Both the position numbers and the translations under genes were made by a program. From NCBI GenBank assembly GCA_008632985.1, contig QPGO01000085.1, forward strand, positions 186,001-250,000: a stretch of 64,000 bases of DNA, given 5' to 3'. Under the pieces are notes generated by a model. That model was not told the origin of the DNA. It did no database searches and saw nothing but the letters and a program-made list of their open reading frames with translations. This stretch comes from Psammoneis japonica. Taxonomy: Eukaryota. This document shows positions 48,605 to 62,327 of the stretch, piece by piece; position 1 is the stretch's first letter; each line of letters begins with the position of its first letter.

Positions 48605-49960
48605 TCATTCTAGAATTCCAGGTTCATCACCCTTGAAGCTAACTCCATCATTGTCGTCGGAAGCATTCCACCCGTTGAAAAGATTGTTTTTCATTTCTTC
48701 ACGGACTTCAAGCTCACGAAGATTGTACCCCACAACAAGCTGCCACATGCATAGCTGTGCCATGGCTTCTCCGCTCTGCTCTGTAACAGTATCGGGGCCA
48801 ATTTGGCCTTCACCAACACCAGCAAGGACGACATTGACCAAACCTTTCATTGCTACCAAAACATCTTCTGATATGGTGTTTGTTAGCTGTCGTAGCTCCT
48901 GTTGTGGAAGAGTCCGAATATAGAGCAACAAATCTTTTCGCAGTGCTTCTTCCTTTGCTTGACGCTTCTCCACCAACTCATCTCGGAGTTTGGATACTTC
49001 TGAACGTAACTCTGACATGTATGCTGCTGCATCTACCTCCATTTCCAAACCGTTATCTGCGCCCTCATCACTTTGTTCACTGTCGGATGTCTTGGAACTG
49101 TTTGTACCTCCGAAACGGACCTTAATTTTACCCTTTACCTTGCCTTGCAACGGATCTTCTTCGTCGTCCTCCACCTCATCTGGCGGCGTACCCGTCAAGA
49201 GCAGGTTGGAACCTTTCTCAAAGGAGGCAGATGTCACACCCAAACTTTGCGAAAGACTCAAACGATACTCTGCGTTCTTAAACATATATCCCGTCATTTG
49301 AAGTTGAAACATGAGCGACGCCAATCGTTCACCAGTCGTAATTGTGGTGGTGTCAAACGCCATTTTCGGCAGACTTCCAATCAAACCCAAAATCGTAGTT
49401 CGTACGGCATTTTGAACTCGCGGATGCGCCGTTGTTGTAAACTTGGAAATCAAATCTGAGGGGCTCAACTTCGATACGACATTCATGTAAGGATTGGCAG
49501 CCAAGGCTTCCGCAGAAGCTGTGCCAGACCCAAACATTTTCTTCACATCGGCAGCACGAGTGATTGCAATCGACGCGGGGTCCTCAATTTCTGCATCTTG
49601 AATTTTTCCATCATACTTATCGTCTGAAGTATCGAGAAAATCGTCATCCAGTTCCACGTCTTCTTCTGTTTCCATTACATCATCATCATCATCATAGGAA
49701 ATTGGTAAACTCTCTTCACTCATGTATTCTCGAGCTCGTTGGAGGTTATCCGATTCTTCCTTTTTGGGGTTCAAAAAATCATCCCATTCATCTTTATTGC
49801 TTCCACTATTATCACCCGGTGGCGGCGGCTCATTCCCACCTCCAATCGAGGAAGCCAACCGTGTATTCCCTTTTCTTGTTCTAAAACACGGAAGCGGTTG
49901 AAAACTCAAACCCAGCGTGCTGATGCAACACAGAACAATCACGGCCTTTGGGTTTCTCAT
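48605..49960 (-). CDS. Plastid-targeted DUF760 family protein
   Basis: Signal peptide ..GLS-F; LASLMFQLQMTGYMFKNAEYRLSL and LCMWQLVVGYNLRELE motifs. Confidence 0.85.
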   Translation of the reverse strand: MRNPKAVIVLCCISTLGLSFQPLPCFRTRKGNTRLASSIGGGNEPPPPGDNSGSNKDEWDDFLNPKKEESDNLQRAREYMSEESLPISYDDDDDVMETEEDVELDDDFLDTSDDKYDGKIQDAEIEDPASIAITRAADVKKMFGSGTASAEALAANPYMNVVSKLSPSDLISKFTTTAHPRVQNAVRTTILGLIGSLPKMAFDTTTITTGERLASLMFQLQMTGYMFKNAEYRLSLSQSLGVTSASFEKGSNLLLTGTPPDEVEDDEEDPLQGKVKGKIKVRFGGTNSSKTSDSEQSDEGADNGLEMEVDAAAYMSELRSEVSKLRDELVEKRQAKEEALRKDLLLYIRTLPQQELRQLTNTISEDVLVAMKGLVNVVLAGVGEGQIGPDTVTEQSGEAMAQLCMWQLVVGYNLRELEVREEMKNNLFNGWNASDDNDGVSFKGDEPGILE

Positions 49961-50641
49961 TACTGTATTTCTTGTTTGATCCCGCCAAGATTAAAAACTC
50001 ATTCGAACTCAAAGAAGCTATAGCAAATATCTCGAGATTCGTTTAACAGTCAATAGCAATATTCTCAAAAGACAGCGACCGATAGTTGCTTCCGATCATG
50101 AATTTCTTTGGCATTGTGGATCGCACCGACGAAAAAGTGACGAAGTTTTGAAGTCGTCAAATAAACAGTTCCACGCGGAGTTGAATGGCGGAATGGTGAG
50201 TGCGTCGCACGTGCTGAGTACCACACCACCAACCCAAACGAGAGCAACTAAAACACCCCTCGCTACTCTATCTAGAGTAGAGAGCAGCAATGATACAGAT
50301 AGTAGAGAGAGGGTTTTGTTGGAAAAGTAGGCAGTCTAGGTTAGTCTAGTGTATGTCAAAAAAATTAGCATAAGAAAGGTGCGCACGATAAGTTTCCCAT
50401 GACATGTCTTCTGAATAGAGGCGGATCCTCCTCGACCATGGCAACGGGATCGATATAGCGATAATCTTCCCATTTGCCCTCACATTCCCTTTTGATCGTT
50501 TATCGAGGCCTCTGTTGTCAAAATGAGTCACTCAGCTGCTTCAGGCATCAGTTTTGCGATAGATGCGATAGATACGAAGTGTTCATTATTTGTTCAACAA
50601 GAAATGCAAGTTACTAGGACGCCTACAGGTAGTATTTTACA

Positions 50642-51355
50642 TCAAGAACAATCCCGGCATTCTTCACCCACACTTTCGGGACATGAGTCCACCAGGACGC
50701 CATCTATAATAATATAGAAACGACTGCCCTCGTCTTGAGGATCGCAGCACTCTAAAGATCCAAACTCGTAGTCATTCACATCCGTGCCTGGAAGTATAAG
50801 CTCATAGTCATCATTGTTTGGGTCTTGATCTATATCGCCAAAGTAGTACCAGTGCCCCTCGGCTCTGAAGCGGAAACAATAATTTCTGTCGTCCGTTAGC
50901 CCGTCCCACAATTGTCCTGTATCGCTGGCAAAAATTGCCCACACTTCGGCGTCACCATAATCCCACACACTATTGTCGATCCTAAGGAGACCATTGCTGC
51001 CAAGGTCCATTTCAAAGATATCGGCTTCTGTATCGCAGGGCCTTGCATTCAATCGACAAAGAAAATTATCGTTTGACCAGTAGTAGTTTGTATGACCCCT
51101 CTTTAGTTCATCGCATTCCGCTGGTCCCTCCAGGAGTTGCTCGTATTCGGCCACGCCGCACTCTGTCGCAGGAGCGAGGCTCTGGTCTTCAAGAACTCCA
51201 TTCAAAAGCCGCGACCAATAATCATGATCTTCCTCAGAGAGACGGTCCCGATTGGCTTCTTGAGCCTGGAAAGAAGTCACTCTCGCACCTTTGACTTTGC
51301 CCAGGTCACCAGCGAACGCCAAAAGGCACACTATGGACGGAAAAAGAACCCGCAT
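50642..51355 (-). CDS. Secreted acidic Cys-containing protein of unknown function
   Basis: Signal peptide MRVLFPSIVCLLAFAG; DYWSRLL propeptide-like motif. Confidence 0.65.
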   Translation of the reverse strand: MRVLFPSIVCLLAFAGDLGKVKGARVTSFQAQEANRDRLSEEDHDYWSRLLNGVLEDQSLAPATECGVAEYEQLLEGPAECDELKRGHTNYYWSNDNFLCRLNARPCDTEADIFEMDLGSNGLLRIDNSVWDYGDAEVWAIFASDTGQLWDGLTDDRNYCFRFRAEGHWYYFGDIDQDPNNDDYELILPGTDVNDYEFGSLECCDPQDEGSRFYIIIDGVLVDSCPESVGEECRDCS

Positions 51356-51510
51356 GATTGAGAGGGAGCGACACCGTAATCTTCCTCTCTCTTGCACTCT
51401 ATGATATAGAGCAGTGGTAGGGCCCGCCCTTCGGATGCTGTAGAATGACACCGGTACGCAGCTCTTCGCCAATTATTTTGGAAAAAGTGAGCGTTGGTTT
51501 CGATTTTGAT

Positions 51511-51739
51511 TGTCACTTGTCACACGGAGGTTAGTATCAAGGAAAGTGTATTGATCTCCAGTATAGAAGTATTACTCAATAACCGTACTTTGAGACAATA
51601 TATATTATATATATTATATTAAATGACGATTGTGGATAAAATTTGTTACATATAAGATTGTAGAAGTGCGCTATTGAGTGATTATCCAAATCATTGGAAA
51701 TTTAGCTTTATAGATACATTCGAATTCAAATAAATTACA
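51511..51739. mobile_element. Possible solo LTR
   Basis: TG...CA termini, AT-rich TATA-like core, AATAAA near the end; flanks ttgat/atgat (4/5 match). Confidence 0.3.
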
Positions 51740-51942
51740 ATGATAACTTATGCCGTTGGTTGCCACTCCTTTTCCGTTGAACGAAGTGCTCGCGACCCAC
51801 GATTTGACAGAAAGGGAACCCTTTGCGAACAGGCACACAACACGTGCTCGTGTTTGTGTTGCAATCCATCAGCTCACGCTTTTGGTGACGGCGTTGTCTT
51901 GTTGTGGATCTTGCTTGTTTAGTATTTGCTAGCTAGAAAGAG

Positions 51943-52574
51943 ATGGTGTCATTGCAAGTGGAGCAAGACGCAATGGCTTTTGCAGCAGAAGAGAACTATT
52001 ACCTTCGAGGCAGTGTCAGACGAGCAGAAGATGTTGACTACTGGCGCAAGCGAGCCGGATGGTTTGACGATGATGAAAGCATGCGTGACTTCAATCAGGG
52101 CGTGTATGAATCTTATTATGGTACAGATGATGACGGTAGTGGAGGGGAGGTGGTGGTGGTGGCGGCGGCAAAAGTTCCCCCTCCAAGGGTCAAGCGACCG
52201 CTCTCAAGATTTCTGCTGTTGTGGTGGCATTGATCGTTGCGTTTTTGTTGTATCGAGCAGTGGAACGCCGCACCGCTGCCAATGAGTCCCGGGAGAAGAG
52301 GAAAGAAAAAGCAAAGAAAGCAAAAGTAAGGTCCAGGTCAAAGTCACGAACCGGGCGAACCAGCTCTCGATCCAGATCTCGGTCGCATAGAGACAGAGAT
52401 TACGAGCTTATGGACGACGAGGATCGAAGCCGTCGATCCAGTCGCAGCAAAAAGAAACACAGGGGCGATGAGGATAGGAGCCGTAGATCCAGTCGCAGCC
52501 ATAGCAAATCCAAGCGAAGCTCAACGTCGCGGAGTAGGTCTCGCCAGAGGACACCAGCTGCTGAGCTTGTGTAA
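51943..52574 (+). CDS. Single-pass membrane protein with Arg/Ser-rich tail; frameshift near 52180, 5' end uncertain
   Basis: YLRG motif and acidic segment, TM VALIVAFLLY, RSRS repeats. Confidence 0.55.
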
Positions 52575-53271
52575 AACGGTGGAGATTTGACTTTCATATT
52601 CGAGACTGACTGTGGCGAGCCGTCCTTACGATTGTTTGCCACGCCAAACCCCTTCTTAGCATAACCGACGCTGTATTTGACCTTGATGAATGCAAGACTA
52701 CTGTAGTGCGAGTCTTGACAGTTCAAATAGTTATCATATTATTTATACTTTATATTTATCGTAGCACTACGGTTCTTCAAAAATGGCATCGGGAAAAGGT
52801 CCACATTCGCTTAAATTACTTTAATCGTCTTCACCATAATCATGTCTCTCTCTCTCTATCTCTCTGAACGAACTTTCGCGTTTGGCGTCGAGACTCTAGC
52901 AACGAGTCGGTACAGTAGCGTGTACCACATCCGAGTAAAACTGCCTCTGCTTCTACACCTTGACTGGGCACGATGTTCCATACACAGCATCGGTAACACA
53001 ACAACCCTCCGATCGTTGCGAGCCGCTCTAGAGACTTGTTCCTAACGGAAGCCTATACCACAAAATGTTTTGAGTGAATGTCGCGTAATGCAGTACCTGG
53101 TATGGTAACTTTGTCGAGACTTCCGTTCGGTATGAGAGCTACCGTAAGGGAAAGCAGTTCCATCCGTCTGCACATGAGAAGGAGAGACATGGAGTGTTCT
53201 GTGTCGAAACGCAAATAGAACACTGAATGGAGTAAACACGACCTGTGTAGCATGCAGTGTATTCTAAACCC

Positions 53272-55186
53272 TTATTGTTCAACCACGGACGATATCAATT
53301 GCTGTTCGTCCGTAATATTGTCTATTCTGTCTTCTTCAGAACCGCCCCATTCTTGCTTTTCTATTTGTGCCAAGTACGCCTTGATATGTTGAATTCGGCC
53401 ATCTTCACTTGATACGTTGTTGGCTAGATAGATTGAAAGCGCATCATGGAAACGTTGCTTTGCAGAACAAAGGTCTCCCTGCTTCATTTCCAATTTGCCT
53501 AATCGGTCCAAGGTCACAGCGACCAAAATGTGTGTTCTTCCCAGAGCCTGTTCTCGAATGACAAGCGATCGTTCCAAGCACTGAATAGCTCGGTCCAACT
53601 GCTCCAAGTGTTCGCAAGCGTTACTTATGGAATCGAGTGTTATCGCCACATCCGTGTGACTTTCTCCCAGAGTCTCCAACTGTACTTGCAAAACCGGCTT
53701 GAAGATATCCAACGCCTCCTTGTAGTTGCCACGCTCTGCATTGACTAAACCAATATTATGTCTTGTAGACGCCACATTGCGGTGCTTGGGTCCGAGTACG
53801 GACTCCAAAATGTCAAGTGCATCCTCAAAGGCAGTCATGCTGCACTGGAATTCACCCCACAAGTGATGGATAAACCCAATATTATTCAGCGTGACCGCCA
53901 CATCCACTGGCGAGCACATTCCCTCTACAAGCTGCGCTCGATAAATCACAAGCGCTTCCGTATAGCAGTCCATGGCATCATCGTAATCGCCAGCTTGTTC
54001 TTGAATAGCTCCAATCGAATTGAGACACGCCGCAATGTCGATTTGAGAATCGTGTGCACGATAAATCTCAAGAGCTTCTCGATAAAACTTTTTTGCCTTG
54101 TGCAATTTGCTCTTGGATTCGTGCGCCATGCCGAGACCAAACTTGGTGCGTGCCAAGGTGAGCGCCAAGGCTTCCTGATGCGCTTCATCCTCGCTGCTGC
54201 TTTGATCGTGCGCCAGCTTGACGAGGGCCAGAGCCTGCTTGAGGTCACGAGACGCCTCGAGTCCCAAACTCAAATGCACCCGTGCCAACGAGTTTAATAC
54301 GTCCGCCAACACTTGAGCCTTCTTGGAGGCATCATCCACAACCCATTCGCCATGCTCCCCTTGCTCTTCCTCGTCGTGGTCTTCAAAGAACCCAAACGCA
54401 TCCTGATATAGCTTCATGCTCTTTTGCAAGACACATAATGCGTCATTATAATTCCCAATCTTCCAATGCAAGACTCCCATTTTGTGATGAACCTGTGCCG
54501 TATCTAACCGGGTCTTGCCCATGCTCAGGCATTCCTTATAGCACTCCAATGCTGCCGACAAGTCCCCACCCAGTTCAAGCGAAGCGGCTTCTTCCAATAG
54601 CAAATCACGCTGTGTCAAGATGGGAGCGTCCTTTTCCACAGCTCATCATTTGATGTCTCCCACCAATTTTCAAACGGATTATCCAACGTCTTGGTGGAGG
54701 CATCAAAGTATTCCGTCACAGATTCTGCAATTTCCATGAATGGGAGAAACTCTCCGCACTGGCACTGCGGCGGAGGACCTGGCGGGGGTGGTGGCGGAGG
54801 CGTTGGTTGTATCTGTATGGATTCCATGGGCGGTGCTCTGGATCTCTCGAGCGCGATTCGGCCTTTTCGACGGCAACCGTCAAGTTCTTTGGAGAAGGTA
54901 TGCTGTCGGGTGATCGAGGAATTGGTGATTGGCATGATTCGAACGTGGAGGTTGAATCGCATGTACGAAGCTGCGGTGGGGACTGAAAGTAGTGATGCTG
55001 AGGAGGTGACAGAGCATAAGAAGACTCCTCTGAGGTAGAGCCACTCTCTGTTGCAAGTGTTCCAGAGCGAAGCTTGACGACTTCAAACGCTTCGCAATTC
55101 TGTTCTGATATTTTCGAAGAGGGCTTCTCATTGTTCTCTGTTCTTGCAGAGGTCTCTCCGACGGGCATGGATACTTCTGCGCCCAT
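53272..55186 (-). CDS. TPR repeat protein (kinesin-light-chain-like repeats); frameshifted 5' part
   Basis: Repeats such as VAVTLNNIG, HRNVASTRHNIG, HTDVAITLDSI; N-terminus MGAEVS could be myristoylated. Confidence 0.85.
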
Positions 55187-56557
55187 TGTTAATTGGAAAA
55201 GAGTAAGTTATGAGGATATAGACCTATGTATGTGTCGACCAGTGTTTTGATAGGCAAGAGGCGCTGGCTCTTGTTTATGAAAAAGAGAAACTGCAATTTT
55301 GGAATGCAAACTCACGTGGCGTTACTGTGGCGTTACACGGCACAGCAAAGGTGGCGCAGTTCTGTCATTGCACTTCACTTTTTCGTATGACTGTAAAAAT
55401 TGAGCGATGCCAATGTGCGTTTTGAAAATTAACATTTATTCGGAATTGTAGGATATAAATAAAATTTCCCAACTGAAAAACTGCATGGAAAGCTCAAAAT
55501 GGTTGATACTAAATTGAGCTGAGTCATTCAATCAGAATACTGTATACGTTCCTACACATAGTAATTGAACTACTCCGACGAAAATGGCATACAAACACGA
55601 ATGTACTCGAATAATACACGACTCTTTCGGCATTTAAATTCCGTGGAAAGCCCACGTCACAAGATACCATTTTTTTTCGAAAATTTGGGTTCGACAAAGC
55701 TCGCGCGCAGTCCCTAAGAATATGAACACGCACGGCACTTGGCTACTCCGTCTCTGGTTTTGAAGGGCACTAAAGCGCCTCATCATTTGCCTGAAAGCAC
55801 CCTTCGCTATGTTGTACCGTACGACTAATCTCCACCAAAGTCAATCCCACTCACAAGAACAAACACACGACAATTTGACGCCAGAAACGAAAACAGACGG
55901 AACTTGCTTTCGGATGGCTGGAACGGAAGTCTGTCTGGCATGCGTGCTTGCATCTGCGCACCGATGCATGACGTCATGCCATTTCTGTGCGACACACAAA
56001 ATGACATACGAAGGGCATAGGTTGCACCTAAAAAGATACGCATCACGTGCGTTTTTCAAAACGAGATGACGCTGCAAATGCAATTTGCTGCTGATGCATT
56101 GGTAGAAATTGTGTAGAAATGTACCGGAGAGGTTTCAGTAATTGCCCCGAACGCCTCTGACGATAATCGTTCGTCACGATTTCGCCAAAGTGATTCGACA
56201 GAAATCATCACTCGATCTCTATAGCCCGTTGACGTAGGCATGTCACTCGTATTTAGCTTTGGCATTTTTATTTACTCTCATTGCTGTAGCTAACCATAAT
56301 GATGTCATTTCCCGAGTGATGGCGTTTTTCCCAGCTTGACACCTTTTCTGCTCGCGTCAGATTCTGGCATCTACGTAGATTTCAGTACAGATCCTACGGT
56401 ATCTTTCTAGCTCGCGAAGGTTCAAAAAGGTCGGGAAGAACGATCGCACTTTCGATCCCGTCGCACCATCACAAAACCAAAACGCGAGTTGCTTCCAGCG
56501 GCACGTCTCACAATTCCTGTCAACACTGTAATTTCACGAACCAAACAACAAGCAACC

Positions 56558-56866
56558 ATGAACTCCCAATCTTATTCTCCTCCATCGCAACGGCGCACTG
56601 CTACGCCACACAAGAGATTAGAAATCCTTGCATCGTCAATGATGCTTGTCACAATATCAGAAGACTCCTGTACCGAGACTGACTTTGATTCATCCTTTTC
56701 ATCCAGCTGCACATCCAACGGCAGCGAGGGCAGTCTGAGTGGATGGGGCAACTCAATGTCCCGAAGATCGTACAAGACTGACCTGTGCTCACTTGCTGGT
56801 GATGAATCCTCCAGGATACCATCCGACACATCAACTGACGGAGATGAATACGGCTTCTTCATGTAA
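56558..56866 (+). CDS. Small Ser-rich hypothetical protein
   Basis: ATG in an accATG context; LSGWG..SRRSYKTDL and DEYGFF motifs. Confidence 0.55.
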   Translation: MNSQSYSPPSQRRTATPHKRLEILASSMMLVTISEDSCTETDFDSSFSSSCTSNGSEGSLSGWGNSMSRRSYKTDLCSLAGDESSRIPSDTSTDGDEYGFFM

Positions 56867-57426
56867 ATACTTCTCGCCGTATCGCCCTCCATCCAAGACG
56901 CAAACATCACACTTTTTGAAATCAAGAAGAATTAGATGCTTTACGCATTTGATTCAGCTATTTCGCTTGCTACCCTCGTGGCTGCTATATCATCTCATCT
57001 ACTCACGCACGATGCTGCCACAAACACAAAATCTGACGAACCGGCTTCCCTTTTGTAAATATATGCCTTGGGAGATGGCTCGTCCTGTACAAACACTTTT
57101 TTAACGAATTTTCATGCATAAGAAGCTGTCGTAAAGCATACCTCATAAAGCTAGAGAGGAACATTAGATTACCATAACTCAGTTTTTGTAGTAGTTCCTA
57201 CTCTAGCTAGAGTAGAAGTAGTTGTGTCACATTTTGTCATTACACATGGTATCACGTGCGCGCATTGGCTGGTCGCAGGCTTACTTTGCGCATAGCGGCA
57301 CGCAGTTAGTAGAGTGCAAGTGCACTCAAAGTTATCTGGGCTCAATTTACTCACTCCCTAGCTAGAGAGGTAATTTTCAATTTTCATGCTGATAATACTG
57401 TCGTTAGCGGTTAGTTTACTCACTCT

Positions 57427-59609
57427 CTAGGTAATTTTCATGCTGATGGCACTGTCGATAGAAGTAGACTTGCTCCCGCCTTGCATTTGGTGCTCATAGA
57501 CACACACGAGGTTTCCGTAGCGTTTTGTTGAATTATTTGTGCCACCGCTACGTGGAAGAATCATCGCCGCATCAATAGTGTCCAGCATGAGATTCTCAAT
57601 GATCCGACACAGCCTGTCTCCGGTTTGTTTAAAGTCAGGCCCTGGGTTGACTTCGAGCAAGTACACATTCCAATCCTTGACCACCATAAAATCGAGACCA
57701 TAGTGTTCAAAGCACCCTTCGATGGGTGCAAAGACGCCAAACTCGTTCTTGTAGGCAAGAAACAATTCTGCAGTTATCCTTTGCATTGCACAAATGACAT
57801 GCTCCACCTTTTCCCTAGCTTCTTGAACATTGCGACAAGTCTTGTCTCGTACCAAAAGGTCGGCCATTGTGTCCACATCATTCCATTGCAGAATACAGTC
57901 TCTCTCACAAAAGTTAGGATCAACTTGCTGGTGAACAGTGTTGGTAATGTGAGCCAAGGTGTCGCTAGTACTTGCAGCATTGTACCGATGTCCAGAGCAG
58001 AGTGCAAGGCAATCGCGTGACAAATAGACTCGTATTGCAGACACTGCGAGGGCGTATGCACGAATGTGAAACTTTCGCCGTCGGAGAAGCAAGGGAGGCG
58101 AAATGTATCTTTGCAGCACCCTAAAAATAGAAAAGGAACGTGTCAGTAACACTGCTTCGCTGTCGCGTAGAATCATGGTTGTAAACGAGAACATGCAAGC
58201 CGACGCGTCGCAGGAAGCAACGCCCTCTTCAGCCGTGTCCTCCGTACAACCCCAACAAGAAGTCAGCAAGAACAAGAAATATCAACCGTACCATTCACGA
58301 ATGTCGGATTCGCTCCAGCATATATCCAGTAGTTGTTCGAAACAGTGCAGAATCTGAATCCCAGCCCCCTTGTTTGTGGTACTGGGTTTCAATATCCAAA
58401 CAGGCGGTGGTAATTTGTCATTGTTCTCGTATTCCTCTTCTGCTTTCGCCAAGGCCTTTTTAGCCTCTTGTAAACACAGTTCTAGCACTTGTCGTTGCTT
58501 GATATTAACATTGCTGGCAGAAGCGCTACCAATGACAATATCCGCCCATCCTTCCTTGGCGACGTGACATGAAGAATCTTCCCATACTGGCCACGTATCC
58601 AAGATTATGGTTTGCGGAATAGCGTCTTTTAGGATACTACCAGGATTCTTGCATACATGCAAATGTGTAAAATAAGCCAACTGGGCCTATGTGTCAACAA
58701 AACGACAAACGACTGTCAAAACACCCAGACTTTGAGTACAGTGGCTCGACTCTGTCCACGCAATGACCTGCGGGTATAGGAGGCGCATAAGTATCCACAC
58801 CTGTTCGTACCTTTCGACTTAGTCCCTTTCGTATACAGTAAGATGATGCCTTGTGTTTTCCTGCAAGAACACTTGACCAATCGATACGTTCATATTCCGA
58901 CCATTGAAAGTACAAGTAGAAGGCATTGGAACAGCTTCCGTGCCGTGCCCCGGTCCAAGAACGGTAGGAATGGATCGCTTTTGGAGTGCTGATTGAATCA
59001 TTCGACGAGTGTACGGTTCATTGATATCCAAGAAGATTCGTTCTTTTCGTTCACGTTTCGTGGGGAAAAGCTTCCCGATATCGTCCTCGGTGCCAATCAC
59101 AGAGAACTTTTCGGTGCGAAACAACAGCAGTTTGCTCATTTTTTTCTGTTCAATCTCTTGGTTCAAGTCACCAAACGTGCTCACACGAGACAAAACTGCT
59201 CAGACGAGATTCTCGCCATCTTTGAATAGTGATTCAAAGTCACGTCTATCTGTCGATAGCGACCAAAGTGGAGCGTTGTCAACAAAAATAAAATAAAAAA
59301 GGCGGAAATATCAATACAGTAGCACAATCGCCCGTCTCTGAATGATGCTAGGAATCCGGACAGCTGACGTCAGGTGCGTAGAATATGTACTGGATGCTGC
59401 GTAGAAAGAAGGCGGCGCCGTCGAAATTTCGCACAACGCACTCAGCGGCGGTTCACCAAGGTATGTTGCCCATGGCGTTCGCAACGAGACCCACTGACGA
59501 TTGCAACCACAACGAGTTGAAGTGTCTACTGCATACTTGCTGATACCAAATTTCGCCGTTTTAATTTGTGTAAAGATGTCGAAAACGCCGGTAGGATGAT
59601 GCAATGCCA
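57427..59609 (-). CDS. Tubulin-tyrosine ligase family protein, multi-exon; start uncertain
   Basis: FQWSEYE, SSYCIRKGLSRK, WILKPSTTNKGAGI, VLQRYI, RKFHIRAY, HITN, GLDFMV, LLEVNPGPD. Confidence 0.88.
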
Positions 59610-59722
59610 TCGGATGGCGCAGTCCGCGCATCATCCGTGCAACCCCACGTGTATTTCTCCGTACAAATCTCATTGATGTTTCTGCTCTCGTTTCGTTCTT
59701 GTGCAGAATAAAGATACCAACC

Positions 59723-60120
59723 ATGTTGTCTGCCGCTCGCACTGTTGTTTCCCGAGTTGCACTCCGTGGTGCATCATCCACGAGGATGCTGTTGCTGCAG
59801 CAACAAAAACAACAACAAAAGTCCGCTACTACAATGTTTCGAATTCAATCCTTCTCGACGGCTCCCCCACCTTTTTGGATGCCGCTCAAGTGACGGATCG
59901 TATCGTTACCGTAGTGGGTAATTTCGACAAGGTCGATGCCGATAAGGTTTCCGCCGATACCAAGTTTGAGGATTTGGGTTTGGATTCGTTGGATACGGTG
60001 GAAGTTGTCATGGCGATTGAAGATGAATTTGCCATTGAAATTCCAGATGCCGAAGCGGACAAAATTGCCAGTGTTGCCGATGCCATTGAATACATTGCGA
60101 GCCATCCAATGGCCAAGTAA
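59723..60120 (+). CDS. Mitochondrial acyl carrier protein; frameshift near 59870
   Basis: Arg-rich transit peptide [35 protein letters not shown]. Confidence 0.92.
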
Positions 60121-60202
60121 ATAAGTGTGTATGTAGAGATAAGATAACACAAAGGAATTACTGTTTCTTCCTTCTTGCGACTTTGACAGCTCGAAAATTA
60201 AA

Positions 60203-60483
60203 ACTCACATGAGATATCCTGAAACACTAGTGCCTTAACATCATGCCGCCATTGTCACACTTGGTAGAAACCAACTTATCGCCATTGTCAGGTCGACGAA
60301 TGGCTTCTGCTCTAAAGCCAGGAGGAAGACCTAGAAATAGGTCACGGACAAACACTCACATGAGATATCCTGACACACTAGTGTTAACGTCATGCCGAAT
60401 TGTCACACTGGGAAGAAACCATTTTATCGCCATCGTCAGGTCGACTTTCGGCTTCTGCTTGAAAAGCCAGGAGGAAGACCTAG
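60203..60483. repeat. ~150-bp tandem duplication
   Basis: actcacatgagatatcctga..aagccaggaggaagacctag occurs twice. Confidence 0.9.
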
Positions 60484-60769
60484 CTCTATAGAGTAGAGTA
60501 GGGTACTATACTTGGGCCCTACTCCTACTTGTAGGGCCCTAGTCTCTAGTAGAGCTTGAATGAAATAGATACACCGTAAGTTCATCGGGAGGTGCGAGCT
60601 CCCTCTCTACTCTAGCTTTCGTCTACGAGAATCTGTACCAAAGGCCACGTAGAAAATCTGAGGGTGGAGGGAACGCGCACCGCGCGCCGCCCTGCTCTGA
60701 ATTAGGCAAAGCAATGACTTTGCTCAAAAACAAAAAGAGAGAGCCGGCGCACGTCCGCTGTTGATCACC

Positions 60770-62327
60770 ATGGCGTCTCCATCCTATAGCCATCAGCATG
60801 CCAATGGCAATGGTACACCTGCTTATGGTACTCCACGTGAGACTCAGTCACCATATGTCGTTTCCCCATCACCATATGCCGTTTCTCCGTCGTCCTATGC
60901 CACCCCCCATCACGAGCCGCAACAACAACACGATGGCGGCGGCTTGCGAAGACGACACAATTATCATCCCTCCGATCCTGTAGCAGAAGCACAGACTCCG
61001 TTTGCAAGTACATCACCGTCTCCGAAAAAGCTCGTCAAGAAACTCGATTTCATGTACACCAAGGTGGATCGTGATTACAAGGTTCCGACGGAAAAGAGCG
61101 GCCGCATCAGTGTCGTGGTGTGTCTGTCATTGCTGCCGTGTTGTGTCTGGCCGAAGTGATTTCACACGTGGCTCAAAACAGAGCCACGACGGAACACATT
61201 CGTGTCGATACGAGTTTGGGAAAGAAAATGAGAATCGAATTAAACATTACCTTTCCCGCGCTGGCGTGTGTGGATTTGCATGTGGATGCCATGGATGTGG
61301 CGGGTGATTCGCAACTGGATTTGAAGGACTCGCTTACAAAAGTTCCGCTGCGATTGGACGGGAGTCTGAGGAGCAAGGGCGAAATTGAAGTGGAGATCAA
61401 TACGCATCAAGAAATGGAGCTTCAGAAGGAGCGTATTTTGAAGCAAAAGTTACCAAAGGATTACTGTGGACCGTGCTATGGAGCGGCCGGAGAAGCAAAC
61501 GAAGATGGAGATGTTTGTTGTCAAACTTGCGATGATGTGCTGCATGCTTACGAGAAAATGAGATGGAATTCAGGAATCTTGATTTACAGTGCGGAGCAGT
61601 GTATTCGTGAAGGCCGTGATAAACGAGAACCAAAACTCATGACCAAGGGCCAGGGTTGCAATTTGTATGGATGGATGGAAGTCAATCGAGTTGCTGGAAT
61701 TTTCACATTGCCATGGGAGAGGGAGTAGAACGAGATGGACGCCATATCCATACGTACAGCCCAGAAGATACGCCAAACTTTAACGCGTCCCACATTATTC
61801 ATAGTTTGCAATTTGGGCCGAGCCACGCAGAGGAGTCGCCGTTGAGTGGAGTGAGAAAGATTATTACTACTCAAACCGGAACGACGGGGCTCTTTCAGTA
61901 TTTCATCAAGGTCGTACCCACCACGTATACATCGCCTTCTTCTGCAAAGAAGGACAAGAAGGGATCAAGTGACGGTCCTCTTGAAACCAACCGGTACTTT
62001 GTGACTGAAAGATTCCGCCCACTTTTGGAAGAATACTTGGATGAGCAACCCCGAGAGGGCGAAGACAAAGACTTGGTGAGCGTCCATGCTGGGCACGACC
62101 ACCAATCACACGAGCAGCAACACAAGGTTGAAAACGCAGTCTTGCCAGGAGTGTTTTTCATTTATGACATTTATCCGTTTGCCGTGGAGATTTCGCCCAA
62201 CTCGGTTCCCATTACACACTTGTTGATTCGACTCATGGCCACGGTGGGTGGTATCTTTGCTCTAGTGAGTTGGGTAGATCAAGTCATGTATGTGCGAGAG
62301 AAGCAGCAAAATAGGCGCAAGTGGTAA
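60770..62327 (+). CDS. ERGIC protein (Erv41/Erv46 family); two frameshifts
   Basis: LDFMYTKV, NITFPALAC, DAMDVAG, CGPCYGA, CCQTC, GC..VNRVAGNFH, QYFIKVVPT, LPGVFFIYD. Confidence 0.92.

Noticed and set aside
2800..61710. Frameshifts in many host genes (serC, ACP, ERGIC, LRR, TPR, methyltransferase, sulfotransferases) as programmed frameshifting or mass pseudogenisation
   Set aside because: Scattered small indels in otherwise well-conserved genes fit long-read consensus errors better; read polishing would decide.
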